DNA of 64,000 nucleotides from Opitutaceae bacterium (GTDB lineage Bacteria; Verrucomicrobiota; Verrucomicrobiia; Opitutales; Coraliomargaritaceae): NCBI GenBank assembly GCA_051252375.1, contig JBPOFY010000001.1, positions 416,001 to 480,000 of the forward strand, read 5' to 3'. Shown piece by piece: positions 62,801 to 64,000 of this stretch (position 1 is its first letter; each line of letters starts with the position of its first letter). The notes under the pieces were generated by a model. It saw only the letters and a program-made list of their open reading frames with translations, ran no database searches and was not told where the DNA came from. The position numbers and the translations under genes were made by a program.

Positions 62801-63948
62801 TCATCGACTACATCGAATGGGCCGGCGACAACAGCGTTGGTGATCTCGACTTCACCCTCAGCCTCGACGACCTGAATCTTGGTCCGGTGCTTGGTGATAG
62901 TGGTGACGCACCAGTCGTGGATGTTGTAACGATCAACATCGAACCGATCAATGACGCACCGACTCAACCGATCTTGTTCGATGATATCCTAGTTCAGGTG
63001 AATGCCTTCCCACGTGCGATATTGCTGACACCGCGTTATGCTGATGTGGATGATGTGATCGCCGACGACGAGTTAGTCTGGACGGTTGAAGCAAATACCA
63101 ATTCTGTACTGTTTAACAGTGTCACGATTGATGCCGCGAAGCAGCAGTTGGTCCTAGTCTTTGCAACCGATGCGTTTGGTGTGGCCGATATTACTATCCG
63201 TGCGACAGACCGCGGAGGTAAATTCGTAGAGGATACCTTTAAGGTGACTGTTGAAGGACCTCCAGTGATTGAGTTGGCGAATGGTCAGACCAATCCTCCT
63301 ACCGCAACGACGAACAGCCCTGTGCATGCAACTACTAAAATCTATAGCCATTCGTTCCGAGTGACGAATGAAGGCATGCTGACCGCAGAGGCTTTCATCC
63401 TTCATCTTAGTAACCTTGGAGTAGCTGGTGAGACAACTGTCATTGTCTCTGGTGAATACAGTACGGATGAGAGAGGCACGCCTACTAATTTCAATGATGA
63501 TTTCCGTTCGTCTAATGCGGTAACCTATACGTCCGTAGGTGTTGGTGAATATGCTCTGAAATATGACATCCCACTAGAGTTGGATGAATCTGTAGTGGTT
63601 CACGTGACTTATCGAGTGATCTCTGTTGCTTATCATACTGTTCAGCCCGACATCCGAGTGGAGTTAACCACATCCACACCTGAAGCAGGCTTTGGTCTGG
63701 CACTCAGTTCAATGGATACTATGACAAATGGTGAGGTCGGATTGGAATTCGTAGTTGAAGCCGGTCGTTCTTACCAGTTGGAATATACTTCTGATCTGGG
63801 GGGTGTATGGATGCCATGGGCGCTCGTGATACCAGTTAATGATTTCGACCGAACCTATGAGGTGATCGATGACGGTCTATATACCGATCCGCATCCATCG
63901 CTGGCACCAGACCGATTCTATCGCTTGGTGGATATCACTGCCCCGTAG
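50830..63948 (+). CDS. 4372-aa giant acidic surface protein/adhesin with Ig-like repeats, GGAI beta-helix, choice-of-anchor-Q-like and lamin-tail-like domains; operon gene 6
   Basis: Signal peptide ending SAHA; many NDAP.A..D / VL.ND / FTYT repeats; FENNSAGQYGGAI; LAYNGG..DQRG..DVGAYE; VNINEI..DFIEFYN. Confidence 0.9.
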   Translation: MNMTIPTFSSMRLRIALISILSLGLSLSAHAAAPTIDNLPATAATNDNATESNPFAGVDLDDPDGDNVTVTITVDDDRGTLTSLGVFTKSATDTYTYTGPDGTAETRLRQIDFVPVENRIPIGTTEDTTITVKIEDATDEASDTTVITVTPVDDDPTLSLGSSSGDVDDDGTIKPFNATDPEIAADPSIDELDGQTVTLTVTIDPVDGSYGPVDLGDFTTSSLANFTAGAAGVYTTSASTPAVAINRLKELVFEPEENAFTPETTEDVVISVVVTDATSNDSPTRSFTLTITSINDDPTLAALGGQIDIFDNVTTTTPFTAGTIEDDDFNAAIEVTVTVVPDNTGTMTNLGGFTSPTTGTYTFTGSPTAATTALTGLVFVPANNRISPGLDEDTTLTVTITDNIISTTPPSRTRTVNVESLNDNPVLSPAGPFAPVTMTGGSSIQPFLSITSLEDADFEITTGTGGIGGTGSADQFTATITLSPSPYGTIISDDFDGSGATYTYEGLRSDVLEAIQNVQYQAPGVTATFTISVSVEDDYSGTSTAVSASANVTQPNPGITGLITSGQQLADDGSIFPFATALFNAFGGSDRIVEVSLGVDAKGAFQNLGPFIKVGSVYRMTGDSIAATDAIRGLRFVPTPNRITGASEDVALEIAVYETAGDAVPLFAAPDVVVKVFPTNDAPEIVTTNPIIRINDDNITTSPFASLSVADLDEGGAQLVVLEITLIGENPDTNVPVAGGGTLIEPTSSGYLSIGATTYPNITYTLTGTPTQVTTAMQALVFIPGDPAPAPDRWSLGQIETITFTLEVEDFIVAGTPAGGSDFDDNTKVIVTYVNGAPFIDNVPSPSQQPYPIAGSTAGSEPFKDIEVRDDDPTITFTITLDDEDKGTLTNLGGFSDSGGGVYTMTGTPANIQTDLQALVYVVGTVSPPTTFTLSATDPAPASNNRTIDFEVFIREQNISHIVTVATDNASGDAVIPGTLRQALSLAGINDSIVFEFAVEDYPVVIHLQQPLTVGTSVSIIGSGVDQLTISGDSDQDGSGDVSLFIVDENVEFTIEQITLADGLAASYGGAITANPNSSLTARYCSFENNSAGQYGGAIDVNQGQLLVEGCLFIDNSVLGSGAAAGGAISVYTNTASIIRNSTFVGNVQGNSGGGGGASIYAQNSIPDTEFNLLVEHCTFSANVDAAASGSAILSSFPNTVVQVRNNIFSEPAGLAGNVLDEVGSGDFESLGGNIATDGTLTAYTQGGTTQNTAILDATIDSLSEPLADLKLLPLAYNGGATLTMALDAGSSAIDTAIAVVPVSDGPGIDQRGVWRDATPDVGAYEVGTYTRVNINEIYVQGDATEDFIEFYNPRDSESLDLAGLELWIDGALIDTFTTNVMSKGSGYVWPYLPTATLAEKALATTFDLNEEKGLIELRNSDGQVLLSVSYIGEFSLSGTDVDNDDESITRYPTFEGGFIPHQRAVTRVGSPAQDTSPGNDITGLPLNGGNAPPIAVVDTDESGDPAYSILATDTLNIDVLANDVEFDLADTLKITEVMVVSSSDVVNQELFAINASGAITLADLPTPGTPPVGGIDTTYDAVDISVTIATDELSIDYDPTASDLIIGLAEGESITDIWAYTIADFDSSDVQLSRGLTTPDQETNIEKATSYFTVTVTGVNEAPEADPDSASTTENQAIRLLADEDLLSNPSFAFGDLAADFMDYNASGVLVPLLPPFPTIALLANDDDVDSDDDKTTLLLVSVHPTAVSEPTEQIYTEKGALVTLDLRTNREETSIIYDPRPSTDLNKLSAGEVATDCFYYTILDMHGEDSIAKVTLTITGVNDAPTATADTGFCTDEDSTLDIDGADLLENDYDTDVNGLAGDDVPFISQVDALSAGGATITFNGTDIFYDPVTMDTFKELSRNEFIFDTFTYTLEDPTGATSVATVTVKVEGRNDAPVASNDLLEIFENEATLVEAVDGLLFNDVEVDVNSSPPDDDPWVIPQREVTTPLGAALNIFADGSFTYNANSAAIDSLIQGEVVAETFPYIVTDNSRTRAVDDSFTVEANQTDIALPVLVNDAVVGSAPIAIVSYGEDSSDSNNTIIESADHSLRDGLLVLVKGYTGTASYNGVFPITSIDADHFSIPVAFDSGASTTSGTWQPWFEITAVGPTDQAGAITILDGQTILYTPASNFYGTETFTYTIEDGVGGQDVGAVSVLNIIFTENGAIRANADAYSVGIDVVDFPVDVLANDGTLPALGSDFTITEVSPASSGLEIVAGGQSLTYSAPSAPTTEVFTYTVSGGGTSTAQATVTFTVEDLTGLLGGNEDNYFVVEGSSDVVLSVLGNDATLPGAPTSLTLVDVQYPGTGSAIRSGNTIIYSTPPSPYRSVDTFTYTSINSVGATTLTTVNVNVVEDTQEFHATDDKYTVVAGSSMILLPVLSNDGTVQNESATVAVSALGLDLVAPADRNRVNIADGNVFIEYTPPATPTIVPEMFNYEISIGTIERREATITIDVIDRADIAPIAVDDFYDVERDSGPHTLAVLSNDLPYADAGWVRTVKSPSTPANGTVAIVGETSVSYTPADGFFGLDTFTYVVEDAYGQTDTGTVTVQVGGLVTSPDSYVVLENSLDNPFPVLLNDDWLNRYAADYTVVAFDPSAALIEASDTDAVGTISIDGTEPNNQLLYTPEPDFVGVEYFTYTVVDENGGTLTGIVTVEVISEESDRGFADLRVEITGVNDSPVLGGTEDDSITDKETTFPFDTVTLSDVDFGGNQLQTVTVEFDPSLGAITFSSAVPAFVLQSPGVYQVVGTPAQVVAALRSIEFTPTENIRPPVYYDAVFTLTITDGYIATPIVDLTTVTILAINDAPTGVDDAYSTEETQAIRLLADTTLLPPVVFDFGDLASNFKDLDAMGVEQTYLPELQNVNLLANDDDVDIDDDNTTIEIVNVHTTATRVNQITATSALGASVVLDIRAVRAETSILYDPRGSAILNALAAGETIVDTFYYTVVDQHGAEDQALVSITVTGVNDAPTANGEGGFELNEDGSITLDGSLILSNDTDPDKDGNSPNDAPIILSVPPKSIAGATLTLTAGGDIIYNPDDMEEFESLARNEFLEDSFTYTISDEMGGTSQAVIELLVEGINDAPVAGDDALAILENDTQTRDRATGLISNDSDVDMGIIFNTGDPNDDPWIIPQREQTSPLGAAFFIETDGSYSYDANSRAIDSLFENEIAVETFPYVIIDNSRLSAAQDSFKVLTDSIQVVLPVLSNDDVAGSVPVAIDGFTEDFADAQRVIVESFEHPLREGMLVKIQGYAGDGDYDGVYPISVIDRDHFSVAAPYVAGANTSLGTWRPWFEVTAVTEADKDGVLEISEDGQSILYTPLAAFYGTEQFEYTIMDGVGGQDVAIVELTVLQAPLNTVLSASDDRFQIGMGESSVEVDVLANDNVLPALGSDFSITAVSVGSAGGTLLINGTDDAVIYSPNNINFVGSETFTYDVSGGGSTSAQATVTFEVIDRQGNLRAAPDAFFVIADSTNNLLDVAANDTTLPSFPVSFEVVETSTPGSGVASVVGGQVSYTPNASFTGIDTFTYTIRDASGSNVTETVTVEVVSDVDDFYARNDHYIVVAGSGNYNLDVLINDGTSGAAVSDLIIEDLGLDTQAPPDITRIDHTGAVVTYTAPASATTEVFTYEILNGFGTDPRREGTITIVVVDNLPTPTNPLDDAYHVAKNSGPHTLDVLLNDIPMPAAGWSWTITSVGGTDQGGVAVNDGGTAITYTPDDGFYGVESFTYTIVDAFGDSASATVTVTVGSQLTEPDFYTVLENSTGNDFPVLVNDDILERFSADYTISQVGTPDQGGSVVIDGSGPDNQLLYAPAANFVGEESFTYTVIDNTGAEVTETVTVLVIDEIGDRDFANFVVTLTGINDITQIGSAPDGSTTDKLSVSPFPTITISDLDEDDLQDQITVLTFDSSLGSIVATGFSQTGPGAYTMTGTPAEVQAALRAIVFTPFENVIDYIEWAGDNSVGDLDFTLSLDDLNLGPVLGDSGDAPVVDVVTINIEPINDAPTQPILFDDILVQVNAFPRAILLTPRYADVDDVIADDELVWTVEANTNSVLFNSVTIDAAKQQLVLVFATDAFGVADITIRATDRGGKFVEDTFKVTVEGPPVIELANGQTNPPTATTNSPVHATTKIYSHSFRVTNEGMLTAEAFILHLSNLGVAGETTVIVSGEYSTDERGTPTNFNDDFRSSNAVTYTSVGVGEYALKYDIPLELDESVVVHVTYRVISVAYHTVQPDIRVELTTSTPEAGFGLALSSMDTMTNGEVGLEFVVEAGRSYQLEYTSDLGGVWMPWALVIPVNDFDRTYEVIDDGLYTDPHPSLAPDRFYRLVDITAP
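55800..62955 (+). repeat. Intragenic tandem duplication of ~3.55 kb (~1185 aa), diverged
   Basis: AIRLLAD at 55861 and 59416; DNSR at 56926 and 60496; DRGFA/DRDFA at 58942 and 62494. The offset stays at about 3.55-3.57 kb. Confidence 0.9.
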
Positions 63949-63968
63949 TTTCGAAAATCGCCTTAATC

Positions 63969-64000
63969 AGCTGGTGTCGACTCTGTGTCGGCACCAGCTT
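63969..64000 (+). terminator. Probable intrinsic terminator closing the operon (T-tract cut by the window edge)
   Basis: AGCTGGTGTCGA-ctctgtg-TCGGCACCAGCT-T, about 20 nt after the stop codon. Confidence 0.7.

Noticed and set aside
35069..63948. Calling the operon a canonical Tc toxin, T1SS, T5SS or contractile injection locus
   Set aside because: No RHS/YD or SpvB protein, ABC/MFP/TolC, autotransporter barrel/TpsB, or sheath/tube/baseplate genes are recognisable.

Overview
Bacterial chromosomal window. Gene content (Verru_Chthon/PilX-like protein, long SecA, leaders without Shine-Dalgarno motifs, acidic secreted proteins) suggests a marine Verrucomicrobiota, Opitutales/Coraliomargarita-like; this is inference, not a database result. 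The first ~35 kb is mostly housekeeping: metH (truncated), trkH-trkA, aldose epimerase, nfeD-nfeD-floA-yqfB-like operon, pyk, MBL hydrolase, folE2, NUDIX, a PilX-like gene pair, secA, lnt, rodZ-like, prmA-purN-dnaJ-grpE, GT2/SOUL, dsbD-redoxin and vanZ. It also holds a frameshifted REP-associated tyrosine transposase with its REP hairpins and several dispersed REP/heptamer repeats. The last ~29 kb (35069-63948) is one tightly packed six-gene operon in which every product has an export signal: two unknown proteins, a 2999-aa protein whose C-terminus resembles the pore-forming/TcB-binding end of Tc-toxin A subunits (no TcB/TcC genes in the window), an 888-aa RTX/Calx-beta protein, a PpiC-type lipoprotein and a 4372-aa Ig-repeat adhesin with a ~1185-aa tandem duplication. 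This operon is the best candidate for an undescribed system. No rRNA, tRNA or CRISPR array was seen. All family calls come from motif recognition by eye.
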